Sequence record: DRR723986_14244
Reading direction: 5' to 3' (one strand)
DNA length: 39,404 bases
A program made the translations under genes and the position numbers. The number at the start of each line of letters is the position of its first letter. Within the stretch, counting starts at the first letter, position 1. Below are positions 26,657 to 35,633 of the stretch, one piece after another. The notes beneath the pieces were generated by a model. The model was not told the origin of the DNA, did not search any database, and was given only the letters and a program-made list of their open reading frames with translations.

Positions 26657-28549
26657 ATGCATCCTTTAGAAGTTTTAGAACGTTTTTGGCATCATACTTC
26701 GTTTAGACCATTACAAGAAGAAATAATTACTTCTGTTCTAGACAATGAAGATACCTTTGCCTTATTACCTACTGGTGGTGGTAAATCTATTTGCTTTCAA
26801 ATACCTGCTTTAATAAAAGAAGGAATTTGCATTGTGGTCTCCCCATTAATTGCTTTAATGAAAGATCAGGTAACGACTTTAAAACAAAAGGGTATTAAAG
26901 CGATAGCACTCACTTCTGGAATGTCCTATGCTGAATTAGACACACAATTAGATAATTGCATATATGGCAATTATAAATTTTTATATCTCTCACCAGAACG
27001 CTTGCAGCAACCTTTAGTACAAGAACGTATACAGTTAATGCAAGTTAATCTTATAGCTGTGGATGAAGCTCATTGTATAAGTCAATGGGGAAATGATTTT
27101 AGACCTGCCTACAAAAATATTAAGGTATTACGAGAACTGCAGCCAACTGTTAATTGCATTGCTCTAACAGCAACCGCAAAGCTTAATATTATAGAAGACA
27201 TTATTAAAAGTTTAGATTTTGTAAGTCCTAAACTATATACAGCCTCATTTAAAAGACCAAATATTGCTTATAGTGTTGTACATGCCGAAGACAAATATTT
27301 TCAATTAGAACAGCTTTTAAAAGCTAACGAAGGATCTTCGATAATTTATGTAAGAAATCGGAGAGCAACCATGGATATAAATGACTTTTTATTAAAAAAA
27401 GGATTGTCTTCTACCTTTTATCATGGTGGTATTACAAATAAAGAAAAACAAGAGCGATTAATACAATGGACCAATGATCAGAAAAAAATTATGGTCGCCA
27501 CAACTGCTTTTGGAATGGGAATTGATAAAGCTAATGTAAAAACAGTAATTCATTTCAATTTACCAGAAAGTTTAGAAAGTTATTATCAGGAAGCCGGAAG
27601 AGCTGGTCGTAACGGTCAGTTAGCTAATGCCGTAATATTAAAACAAAACATTGATGAAGATCACTTAAGAAGTCAATTTTTAAGTACACTTCCTTCTATT
27701 AGCTATATCAAATTGGTATACAATAAGCTATGTAACTATTTTCAGGTTTCATATGGTGAGGGTGAAAATATGACTTATCAACTAGATTTTAGATTGTTTT
27801 GTAGTACTTATAATTTAAATGCCAGTCTCACTTACAATACATTAACGCTCTTAGATAGGAATGCCATAATCTCTTTAGTACAACATTTTAATTTTAGAAC
27901 TAAAATTCAATTCCTCACCAGTAATGCCGTTTTATTTAAATATTTAGAAACGCATTTAGAACTTAATACTATAGTAAAAGTGTTATTAAGAACTTACGGA
28001 GGTATTTTTGACTACGAAACTAAAGTGAATCTTAATTTAGTGATTAAAAAATCAGAATTAAGTGAAAAGAAAGTTATCGCGCAATTAAAATTACTTGAAA
28101 AAGATGAAATAATAAGCCTTCATATGGCAAACACAGATTCTGAAATTACATTTTTAAAGCCACGCGAAGATGACATTACTATTAATCCTATTAGTAAGAT
28201 AGTAGAACAACAGCATAAACTGAAGCACAACCAAATAGAAGCAGTATTGAACTACATTAATAACGAAACCGAATGTAGAAGTGCGCAATTATTAAATTAT
28301 TTTGGCGAAAAAAGTAATGCGCCTTGTGGAATTTGCTCGGTTTGTGTAACTGGTAAAAATGAATCAAATAAAAATTCCATATACCTTACTCAAAGAATCC
28401 TTAAAAACCTTGAAAAAAAGGATCTTTCATCTAGAGATCTATTAAAACAAATTAATTGTTCTGAACAAGAATTATTAGATGGACTTTCTGAATTACTCGA
28501 AATAAAAAAAATTAAATTAACTGAGGCAAATACCTATATATTAAAATGA
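26657..28549 (+). CDS. RecQ-family ATP-dependent DNA helicase
   Basis: LPTGGGKS, DEAHCISQWGNDFRP, TATA, YYQEAGRAGR and a C-terminal CR...CGICSVC Zn site. Confidence 0.94.
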   Translation: MHPLEVLERFWHHTSFRPLQEEIITSVLDNEDTFALLPTGGGKSICFQIPALIKEGICIVVSPLIALMKDQVTTLKQKGIKAIALTSGMSYAELDTQLDNCIYGNYKFLYLSPERLQQPLVQERIQLMQVNLIAVDEAHCISQWGNDFRPAYKNIKVLRELQPTVNCIALTATAKLNIIEDIIKSLDFVSPKLYTASFKRPNIAYSVVHAEDKYFQLEQLLKANEGSSIIYVRNRRATMDINDFLLKKGLSSTFYHGGITNKEKQERLIQWTNDQKKIMVATTAFGMGIDKANVKTVIHFNLPESLESYYQEAGRAGRNGQLANAVILKQNIDEDHLRSQFLSTLPSISYIKLVYNKLCNYFQVSYGEGENMTYQLDFRLFCSTYNLNASLTYNTLTLLDRNAIISLVQHFNFRTKIQFLTSNAVLFKYLETHLELNTIVKVLLRTYGGIFDYETKVNLNLVIKKSELSEKKVIAQLKLLEKDEIISLHMANTDSEITFLKPREDDITINPISKIVEQQHKLKHNQIEAVLNYINNETECRSAQLLNYFGEKSNAPCGICSVCVTGKNESNKNSIYLTQRILKNLEKKDLSSRDLLKQINCSEQELLDGLSELLEIKKIKLTEANTYILK

Positions 28550-29505
28550 CAAATAAAAGAGATATCCGAATTGTATTTATGGGTACACCAGACTTTGCTG
28601 TTGCCACCTTAAAAGCACTCATTGATAATAATTATAATGTCGTTGGTGTAATTACCGCTCCAGATCGCAAAGCTGGCCGTGGACAAAAGTTAAAAGCTTC
28701 TGCTGTTAAACAATTTGCCCAACAACATAATTTAAAGGTTTTACAACCAAACAATCTAAAATCTGAGTCTTTTGTAAAAGAATTGGCTGACTTAAATGCC
28801 AATCTGCAAATAGTTGTTGCGTTTAGAATGTTGCCAAAAGTAGTTTGGCAAATGCCAGAATATGGCACCTTTAATTTACATGCCTCATTATTGCCACATT
28901 ACAGAGGTGCGGCACCTATACATTGGGCAATTATTAACGGTGAAACTGGGACTGGATTAACAACATTCTTTATAGATGAAAAAATAGATACAGGTGCCAT
29001 TATATTAAGTAAACGTACAAGTATTGATAACAATACTACCGTTAGTGAACTACATGATAAACTTATGACCTTAGGAAGCCAACTTGTTATAAAGACCGTA
29101 GACCTTATTAAAAATGACAAAGTATCCACTACTATTCAGCCCAATGATGGTGAGCTAAAAACAGCATATAAACTAAACAGAGATAATTGTAAGATAGATT
29201 GGTCACAAAACCTCAATACTATTTATAATAAAATTCGCGGTCTAAATCCATTTCCCGCGGCATGGTGCTATTTAAATAATAATGAAGAACAACTAATACC
29301 AGTAAAAATTTACGCTGTAGAAAAAGTACAATCTGAGCATAGTTACGATTCAGGATCAGTTAGTAGTACCAAAAATGAACTTAAAGTATACTGTGAAGGA
29401 GGTTTTATAAATATTAAAGAGTTACAACTACCTGGAAAACGAAAAATGGATGTAAAATCGCTATTAAATGGATTTGATTTTTCTGATTCAGCCAAACTGC
29501 TGTAA
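28546..29505 (+). CDS. fmt: Methionyl-tRNA formyltransferase
   Basis: FMGTPDFA, PDRKAGRG and NLHASLLPHYRGAAPI. Confidence 0.96.
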   Translation: MTNKRDIRIVFMGTPDFAVATLKALIDNNYNVVGVITAPDRKAGRGQKLKASAVKQFAQQHNLKVLQPNNLKSESFVKELADLNANLQIVVAFRMLPKVVWQMPEYGTFNLHASLLPHYRGAAPIHWAIINGETGTGLTTFFIDEKIDTGAIILSKRTSIDNNTTVSELHDKLMTLGSQLVIKTVDLIKNDKVSTTIQPNDGELKTAYKLNRDNCKIDWSQNLNTIYNKIRGLNPFPAAWCYLNNNEEQLIPVKIYAVEKVQSEHSYDSGSVSSTKNELKVYCEGGFINIKELQLPGKRKMDVKSLLNGFDFSDSAKLL

Positions 29506-29607
29506 AGCCTTATTATCATTGGTTTCATAAAAAATCGACGAAATACATTCTCTTTATTAACAAATGATATAAGTTATTAACAAAAACCCGTATTTCCCTT
29601 ACTATTA

Positions 29608-29638
29608 CTTGCGTAGCTGAATATTCCTAATAATTTTG
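29608..29638 (+). promoter_or_regulatory. Bacteroidota sigma-70 promoter of the HU gene
   Basis: CTTG (29608-11), 19-nt spacer, TAATTTTG (29631-38). Confidence 0.65.
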
Positions 29639-29702
29639 TTTACGGATTTTTAATAACTGATATTTAAAAACCGAATTTTATAACAATTTAAATTTAAAAT
29701 TT

Positions 29703-29975
29703 ATGAACAAAACAGATTTAATCAATGGTATGGCAGAGAATGCTGGAATTACAAAAGCAGCTGCAAAAAAAGCATTAGATTCTATGTTAATTGACATTGA
29801 AGGAGCATTACAAAAAGGAAATAGAGTTTCTTTAGTAGGTTTTGGTTCTTGGTCAGTATCTAGAAGAGCTGCTAGAGACGGAAGAAACCCACAAACTGGT
29901 AAGACTATCAAGATTAAAGCTAAAAATGTAGTAAAATTTAAGGCAGGTTCTGACTTAAGTAACGCTGTAAACTAA
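29703..29975 (+). CDS. hup: HU family DNA-binding protein
   Basis: MNKTDLI, LVGFGSW, GRNPQTG and KFKAG. Confidence 0.96.
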   Translation: MNKTDLINGMAENAGITKAAAKKALDSMLIDIEGALQKGNRVSLVGFGSWSVSRRAARDGRNPQTGKTIKIKAKNVVKFKAGSDLSNAVN

Positions 29976-29997
29976 GACATTTTTTGTTTAAAATACA

Positions 29998-30026
29998 GGG
30001 CCTGCTCATTGAGCAGGCTTTTTTTT
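29998..30026 (+). terminator. Intrinsic terminator after HU
   Basis: GCCTGCTC-ATT-GAGCAGGC followed by T8. Confidence 0.9.
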
Positions 30027-30107
30027 ATGCCGCATTTTAAAGCAATTAAGTTGGTTATTTATTAAAAATACAATAGCTTTAGTAATCTTAAAGCAGATTT
30101 AAATAAA

Positions 30108-30662
30108 ATGAACAGACCCGAAAAAGGCAATCTTCTTATTGCCGAACCATCCATTATCGGTGATTTATCATTTAATCGTGCGGTGATTCTTTTAGCAGAT
30201 CATAACGCTCTTGGATCTGTAGGATTTATTCTCAACAAACCATTAGATTACAACTTAAAGGATCTTATCGATGGTACTGATTCTGAATTTACCGTTTATA
30301 ATGGTGGACCAGTAGAACAAGATAATTTATATTTTATTCATAAATCACCCGATTTAATTCCTAATAGTATTGAGATTTCTCATGGTTTATATTGGGGAGG
30401 AGACTTTAATGTGGTATTAGATCTTATTAACGAAAATAAAATCTCTAAAAACGATATCAGATTTTTTCTCGGTTATTCTGGTTGGGCAGAGCAGCAATTA
30501 GATGACGAATTACAATCTAATGCCTGGCTTGTATCTGAAAATGTATATGAAAAAGATATCATTTCTAAAATATGTAGTTCATTTTGGAGGGATAAAATGT
30601 TGGAATTAGGAGGAGACTACAGTATATGGTCCAATGCACCTGAAAATCCAAGCTATAATTAA
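30108..30662 (+). CDS. YqgE/AlgH (UPF0301) family protein
   Basis: LLIAEP, GFILNKP, GGPV and GYSGWAEQQL. Confidence 0.92.
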   Translation: MNRPEKGNLLIAEPSIIGDLSFNRAVILLADHNALGSVGFILNKPLDYNLKDLIDGTDSEFTVYNGGPVEQDNLYFIHKSPDLIPNSIEISHGLYWGGDFNVVLDLINENKISKNDIRFFLGYSGWAEQQLDDELQSNAWLVSENVYEKDIISKICSSFWRDKMLELGGDYSIWSNAPENPSYN

Positions 30663-31510
30663 GCCAACCTTACTTTAGCATTTAATTTACCTATTAAACT
30701 TTTTGAAAAGTCTATACCATACGTCTTTTTGCGGTATTTGCGAATAGGAACTATACCTTTTATAACATTTGTAATGAATAACTCATCTGCTTTTTGAAGC
30801 TCAAATGGACTTATGGACGATTCTTCAATAAACAAGTTCACATCTTTTGATATAATCTCTAAAATTTGCTTTCGCATTACACCCTTAAGACATCCATCAG
30901 ATAATGGTGGTGTTTTAATTTTATCACCTTTAACTAAAAACAAATTTCCATTTAATGCCTCAATGACATTCTTATTAGTATTAAGTACTAAACAATTGTC
31001 AAAATCATTTTCTTTTGCATAGATGCTACCAATAACCTGTATAGCCTTATTATTAGACTTTAAACCAGAAAGCAAACCAGGTGCCATAAAATAATCCTTA
31101 TACAGATCTACCGTGTATGAGGAATCAGTCTCAATAATATAAAAAGGGTTATCGTGAGACTCAGCTACAACATTAAAGCTTACATGAGCATTCTCATTTG
31201 GTAAATACTTCCCGCCTTCACCTCTATCTACATTTAATCTTACTCTTGCGGAAGTATTTGAAAGATTATTCGCATCTAAAGTTTTTAAAATTTCAGCTTC
31301 TAAATATTCCATGGTAAAATTCATAGGAATATCTATTCTCATTATACGCATAGATGCCATTAATCTAAAGTAATGATCTTCCCAGAAAAATATTTTTCCG
31401 TTTACCACCTTTAATGTTTCAAATAAGGCATCACCGTACTTGTAGCCTCTATTTTCGAAGGTTAAATTAGCTTGCCGGTCAGACACTAAATTTCCATTAA
31501 AATTTACCAT
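30659..31510 (-). CDS. Class IV aminotransferase / PabC-like (aminodeoxychorismate lyase-like)
   Basis: NRGYKYGDALFET, GLKS, NLF, GCLKGVMR and ADELFITN. ATG 31510 is preferred because TTG 31549 lies in the -7 element TATCTTTG. Confidence 0.88.
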   Translation of the reverse strand: MVNFNGNLVSDRQANLTFENRGYKYGDALFETLKVVNGKIFFWEDHYFRLMASMRIMRIDIPMNFTMEYLEAEILKTLDANNLSNTSARVRLNVDRGEGGKYLPNENAHVSFNVVAESHDNPFYIIETDSSYTVDLYKDYFMAPGLLSGLKSNNKAIQVIGSIYAKENDFDNCLVLNTNKNVIEALNGNLFLVKGDKIKTPPLSDGCLKGVMRKQILEIISKDVNLFIEESSISPFELQKADELFITNVIKGIVPIRKYRKKTYGIDFSKSLIGKLNAKVRLA

Positions 31511-31547
31511 AAAAAAGTCTCGATTCATGTTGTATTTAAATCGAGAC
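31511..31547 (-). terminator. Probable terminator of the START-like gene, overlapping the next promoter
   Basis: 9-bp stem GTCTCGATT/AATCGAGAC followed by T6 on the minus strand. Confidence 0.6.
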
Positions 31548-31576
31548 AAAGATATAATAGAATAGTTAGTTACGTG

Positions 31577-31969
31577 TTAAGCAGAACCTAAAACTTGTTT
31601 TAAACTAGAGATTTGATTATCCCATAGCATCTTAGCTTCCTCAACTTCATCATCTTCAGCAAAATCTGTAATCATTAATGAAACATCTTTGGTTATTTCA
31701 TCAACCTGAATTCTTATTTCAAAATAATAAGAAGATCCTTCTTCATCATCAACAAGCCATCTAAATTTAACTCGTTCACCACTTTTTTTACTTAAAAGTT
31801 TTGCTTGTTCTTCTGAGCCATCCCAAATAAAGGTAAATAATTCACCACGAGAATTCACATTGTCTGCAAACCACTCTGATAAGCCCGAAGGTGTTGAAAT
31901 ATATTGATATATAAGTGATGGAGACGCGTGAATCACAAACTCCATTTCAAATTTTTCTTTATCGTCCAT
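31577..31969 (-). CDS. START-like domain protein (Bacteroidota START_2 type)
   Basis: TPSGLSEWFADNV, FIWDG and ITDFAE. Confidence 0.85.
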   Translation of the reverse strand: MDDKEKFEMEFVIHASPSLIYQYISTPSGLSEWFADNVNSRGELFTFIWDGSEEQAKLLSKKSGERVKFRWLVDDEEGSSYYFEIRIQVDEITKDVSLMITDFAEDDEVEEAKMLWDNQISSLKQVLGSA

Positions 31970-32055
31970 AAATGCATTAAATTATTCGCTCAATATATAC
32001 AATTATGGTACAATTCAAAACTTTAACCTAAAAATTATTTTTTTAGATTCTATTG

Positions 32056-32086
32056 TTTGTTGTCGTAGAATTTGTTTTTATATTTG
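32056..32086 (+). promoter_or_regulatory. Canonical Bacteroidota promoter of tRNA-Met
   Basis: TTTG (32056-59), 19-nt spacer, TATATTTG (32079-86). Confidence 0.8.
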
Positions 32087-32099
32087 CAGCCGCAATAAT

Positions 32100-32173
32100 G
32101 GCGAGGTAGCTCAGTTGGTTAGAGCGTCGGATTCATAACCCGGAGGTCTCGAGTTCAAATCTCGATCTCGCTA
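32100..32173 (+). tRNA. tRNA-Met (CAT), elongator type; CCA not encoded
   Basis: Cloverleaf: GGCGAGG/TCTCGCT acceptor stem, GCTC/GAGC D arm, anticodon CAT at 32134-36, TCGAG-TTCAAAT-CTCGA T arm. G1-U72 pairing and the absence of three G-C anticodon-stem pairs argue against an initiator. Confidence 0.93.
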
Positions 32174-32179
32174 CAAAAT

Positions 32180-32209
32180 AAAAATCCAGCACTTAAGTGC
32201 TGGATTTTT
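32180..32209. terminator. Bidirectional terminator (tRNA / FadL-like gene)
   Basis: Perfect palindrome AAAAATCCAGCACTTAAGTGCTGGATTTTT. Confidence 0.9.
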
Positions 32210-32251
32210 GCTTTAAACATCATTTTATTCTAGAACCAAAACAAAAAATAA

Positions 32252-33691
32252 TTAATCTATTTTTTTGTTAAACGTGTAGTTAATACCAAACATCGCCATT
32301 GATGTTGTCATTTCATAAGATACAGAAGTACCTGATATTACACCCAATGGGTTACTTGGTGAAATTTGCATCGGATCTAATAGAGCTCCTTCAGTAGCAT
32401 CACCACTTGTACCATAATGGTAAACTGCGTCTATTCTCCAATTTGAGTTAAGTTCATAACTCAAACCAAACTGATAAGCATTTTTAATAATTGCAGTTGC
32501 TGGTGTCGAAAAGAATGCTAAATCATCATCGATAGGATTTGAGCTATACGTATATCCTATACGCAGTGGTAATTTGTTTATTCCCTTATATTGAAGTCCC
32601 GCTGAAAGAATTGATATATTTTTCCATCCAAACCCTTTAACAGCACCTGTAGGAAAACCATTATCAGCAATTTCCCAACCACTAGCCTTAAATCCTTCAG
32701 TATCTTCATAGAATACACGTCTAAAATCTAAAGCAAAATCAAAGTTATCCATAGAATAACCTAATCCAATTGAAGCAATTGCAGGATAATCCATTTGAAA
32801 ATCTACACCTCGTGCTTCAGATCCATCTAAATAAGTGTTATCAAATTCAAATTCACTAAAAGTCTGTACTGTTTTATATGACGCACCAAGTTTTAATCCA
32901 TTACCTGAATCGTAAAACAGTCCAAATTGTGCACCATACCCAATAGCCGAAGTCTTGTCAGCCTTAGGATAACCTCTGTCTGACCCTCCCATTGAAGAAG
33001 GGAAATCTGGTGATGCTAAGGGATTAGGCTCTAATTCTAAAGCAGCATAATTAATATTTGGTTGTACACCAAATGACAGGTTATCTGTTAACTCATATGC
33101 CCATGAAGCAGCAACCTGCAACAACATATAGTCTGATTCTATTCGACCAAATCCTCTTAGACCTTGCGGCCATGTAATAGGATTAGAATTGTTTGGATTC
33201 CAATTCATGTTTGGGCTACCATTCATATCCATTGGCAAATTGGTTTCTTGTGGGAATGTTACACCAAATCCACTAATACCAAAAGCAGATACACTAAACG
33301 TATGTTTGCTTTCCGCATTTCCCCAAAGCATAGCTAATGCTGGCATAAATGATACTCCTCTATCATCTTTTGTTACACCAAATACTGGTGGAGACGCAGG
33401 CGAACCTGGACCAAAATCACCTTCTTGATATAATAGACCAACAGGTAGACTTGACCTCAATTCTGGTGAGGAAAAGAAAAAGCCAAGATCAAACTTTATA
33501 ATTTTTTCATCAAAAGTTGAAATTGATGCTGGATTCCAATGCATTGCACCAGAAATATCGAGTGGTTGAGCCGTAGATGCACCACCCATAGACATATTAA
33601 TAGATCCAACTCCTTGCATAATATGACCTGTTTGACCATACAACCCAATAGAGAATAATAATAGAATTACTTTCAAAAGATATGTTTTCAT
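32252..33691 (-). CDS. FadL/OmpP1/TodX family outer-membrane channel
   Basis: Signal peptide, hatch motif SMGGASTA...AMHWNPA, amphipathic beta strands, LRIGY, and YTF near the C-terminus. Confidence 0.85.
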   Translation of the reverse strand: MKTYLLKVILLLFSIGLYGQTGHIMQGVGSINMSMGGASTAQPLDISGAMHWNPASISTFDEKIIKFDLGFFFSSPELRSSLPVGLLYQEGDFGPGSPASPPVFGVTKDDRGVSFMPALAMLWGNAESKHTFSVSAFGISGFGVTFPQETNLPMDMNGSPNMNWNPNNSNPITWPQGLRGFGRIESDYMLLQVAASWAYELTDNLSFGVQPNINYAALELEPNPLASPDFPSSMGGSDRGYPKADKTSAIGYGAQFGLFYDSGNGLKLGASYKTVQTFSEFEFDNTYLDGSEARGVDFQMDYPAIASIGLGYSMDNFDFALDFRRVFYEDTEGFKASGWEIADNGFPTGAVKGFGWKNISILSAGLQYKGINKLPLRIGYTYSSNPIDDDLAFFSTPATAIIKNAYQFGLSYELNSNWRIDAVYHYGTSGDATEGALLDPMQISPSNPLGVISGTSVSYEMTTSMAMFGINYTFNKKID

Positions 33692-33781
33692 GATTAGTAG
33701 TTTTATACATTCACCAAAAAATCAGGCGCAACCATATTTAATTTAATGCTTAAAGAATGTTAATTAGTAACTGGCCTTTAA

Positions 33782-33826
33782 CAAAATTACAAGGAGAATA
33801 TCCTAAGATTTATGACAAAAATCATA
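33782..33826 (-). promoter_or_regulatory. fadL-like promoter: -7 TAATTTTG plus Crp/Fnr-like box TATGA-N6-TCATA
   Basis: Box at 33811-33826 lies 21 nt from the -7 element at 33789-33782. Confidence 0.65.
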
Positions 33827-33905
33827 GATTAAATTTTCCAGTTTAGTGAATTTTAAAAATCACCGAATCATTAGTAAATACAATGGTTTCGCTGCTTTGT
33901 TGTTA

Positions 33906-33972
33906 TGTAACAAAAGTTACAATTGTATATGACAAATGTCATGAGTAAACTACAGACATCATAGTAACTTTA
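33906..33972 (+). promoter_or_regulatory. sqr promoter: palindromes TGTAAC-N4-GTTACA and TATGAC-N4-GTCATG plus -7-like TAACTTTA
   Basis: Boxes at 33906-21 and 33928-43 start 22 bp apart. The second box lies 21 nt from the -7 element at 33965-72. Confidence 0.65.
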
Positions 33973-34019
33973 CAATCAGTAAATAAGTGATGTTTAACTA
34001 ACATTACAAAGAACTAAAA

Positions 34020-35267
34020 ATGATGAAAAACTTAGTAATCCTAGGCGCAGGTACAGCAGGTACAGTGATGGCAAATCACTTAGTTAAAAAGTTATCTAAA
34101 AAAGAGTGGAAAATTACTATCGTAGATCAATATAAAACTCATTATTATCAACCTGGTTTTTTGTTTTTACCATTTGATATTTATACCGAAGAACAGGTTA
34201 AAAAAGAGGGTAAGAAATTCATTCCTAATGATGTTGAATATATTCAGAAAAAAATTGAATTAATCGTACCAAATGAAAATAAAGTTACGCTAGAAAACAA
34301 TAAAAATTTAGAGTATGATATACTTATTGTAGCAACAGGTTCTAAAATAGCACCTGAAGAGATTGAAGGTATGTCTGGACCACAATGGCGAAAAAATATT
34401 TTTGATTTTTACACTTATGAAGGTGCAAAAGAATTAAGAGATAAATTGCGTAATTGGGAAGGTGGCAAACTCGTAGTACATATCACTGAAATGCCAATTA
34501 AATGTCCTGTGGCTCCTTTAGAATTTGCATTTCTTGCTGATTCATACTTTAAAGATAAAGGAATGAGAGACAAAGTAGACATTACCTATGTCACACCTTT
34601 AGATGGAGCATTTACTAAACCAAAGGCGACAAAAGCTTTACATCATCTGTTGGAAGAGAAAGGGATTACTGAAGTTACAAACTTTAATATTGAACGCGTA
34701 GATTATGAGAATAATAAGATCATTGACTATGCAGATACCGAAGTAGATTACGACTTATTAGTAACCGTACCTACCAATATGGGAGATGAATTAATAGAAC
34801 GATCTGAAATGGGTGATGATCTCAATTTTACCCCTACTAATAAAGAGACTCTTCAATCGAAAGCCCACGAAAATATATTTGTAATAGGAGATGCAACAAA
34901 CCTCCCTACTTCAAAAGCAGGTTCTGTAGCACACTTTGAAGCAGAAATTCTTGAAGAGAATATTTTAAAGTATATCGATGGTAAAGAGCTAAATGCCAAA
35001 TTTGATGGTCATGCTAATTGCTTCGTTGAAACTGGTAATGGGAAAGCTTTACTAATTGATTTTAACTATCAACACGAACCTGTTGAAGGTACATTTCCCA
35101 TTGCTGGTATTGGACCAATGCAGTTGTTAAAAGAAAACCGAATGAATCACCTTGGTAAGCTTGCATTTAGATGGGTGTATTGGAACATGTTATTAAAAGG
35201 AATTCCAATTCCATTTGTAAGTGCAAACATGTCTACAAAAGGTAAAAAATTAGAACAAACAGCATAA
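34020..35267 (+). CDS. sqr: Sulfide:quinone oxidoreductase-like flavoprotein (type III/SqrC-like)
   Basis: GAGTAG, HYYQPGFL, IKCPVAPLE, IGDAT, SKAGSVAH and FDGHANCFVETG. Both redox Cys are present. Confidence 0.85.
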   Translation: MMKNLVILGAGTAGTVMANHLVKKLSKKEWKITIVDQYKTHYYQPGFLFLPFDIYTEEQVKKEGKKFIPNDVEYIQKKIELIVPNENKVTLENNKNLEYDILIVATGSKIAPEEIEGMSGPQWRKNIFDFYTYEGAKELRDKLRNWEGGKLVVHITEMPIKCPVAPLEFAFLADSYFKDKGMRDKVDITYVTPLDGAFTKPKATKALHHLLEEKGITEVTNFNIERVDYENNKIIDYADTEVDYDLLVTVPTNMGDELIERSEMGDDLNFTPTNKETLQSKAHENIFVIGDATNLPTSKAGSVAHFEAEILEENILKYIDGKELNAKFDGHANCFVETGNGKALLIDFNYQHEPVEGTFPIAGIGPMQLLKENRMNHLGKLAFRWVYWNMLLKGIPIPFVSANMSTKGKKLEQTA

Positions 35268-35292
35268 ATTAAATTAACAAAACATAGAAATC

Positions 35293-35601
35293 ATGAGAAA
35301 ATTAATCGCAAATAGAGAAATTGATGTTAACGAAGAAGGTTATTTAACTGACTTCTCTCAATGGGACAAGGAAATCGGAAAATGCTTAGCCGGTGAATGT
35401 GAAATAGAACTGACAGATAAGCATTGGGAAATTATCGATTATCTCCAAGACAAGCATCATAAAGAAGAAGCTTTATCAATAAGAGGCATAAAGAAAAGTG
35501 GTGTAATTAATATTAAAGAGTTTTACGCACTTTTCCCTGGTGGACCTTTAAAAAATTCGACACTCATTGCAGGAATTCCTAAACCGAAAAGCTGTATCTA
35601 A
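35293..35601 (+). CDS. TusE/DsrC family sulfur-relay protein (single C-terminal Cys)
   Basis: EEGYL...W, LTDKHW, LFPGGP and IAGIPKPKSCI. Confidence 0.9.
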   Translation: MRKLIANREIDVNEEGYLTDFSQWDKEIGKCLAGECEIELTDKHWEIIDYLQDKHHKEEALSIRGIKKSGVINIKEFYALFPGGPLKNSTLIAGIPKPKSCI

Positions 35602-35633
35602 AACTAAACAATCACAAACTTTAAAAACGAGAA

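Noticed and set aside
29678-29911. Short antisense and alternate-frame ORFs in the track (this one and e.g. 960-1166, 9481-9795, 22800-23090, 33189-33428)
   Set aside because: Shadows of well-supported genes with no recognisable motifs.
33991-33998. Third copy of the TGTTTAAC operator upstream of sqr
   Set aside because: A single half-site without its partner at 14 nt; expected by chance in AT-rich DNA.
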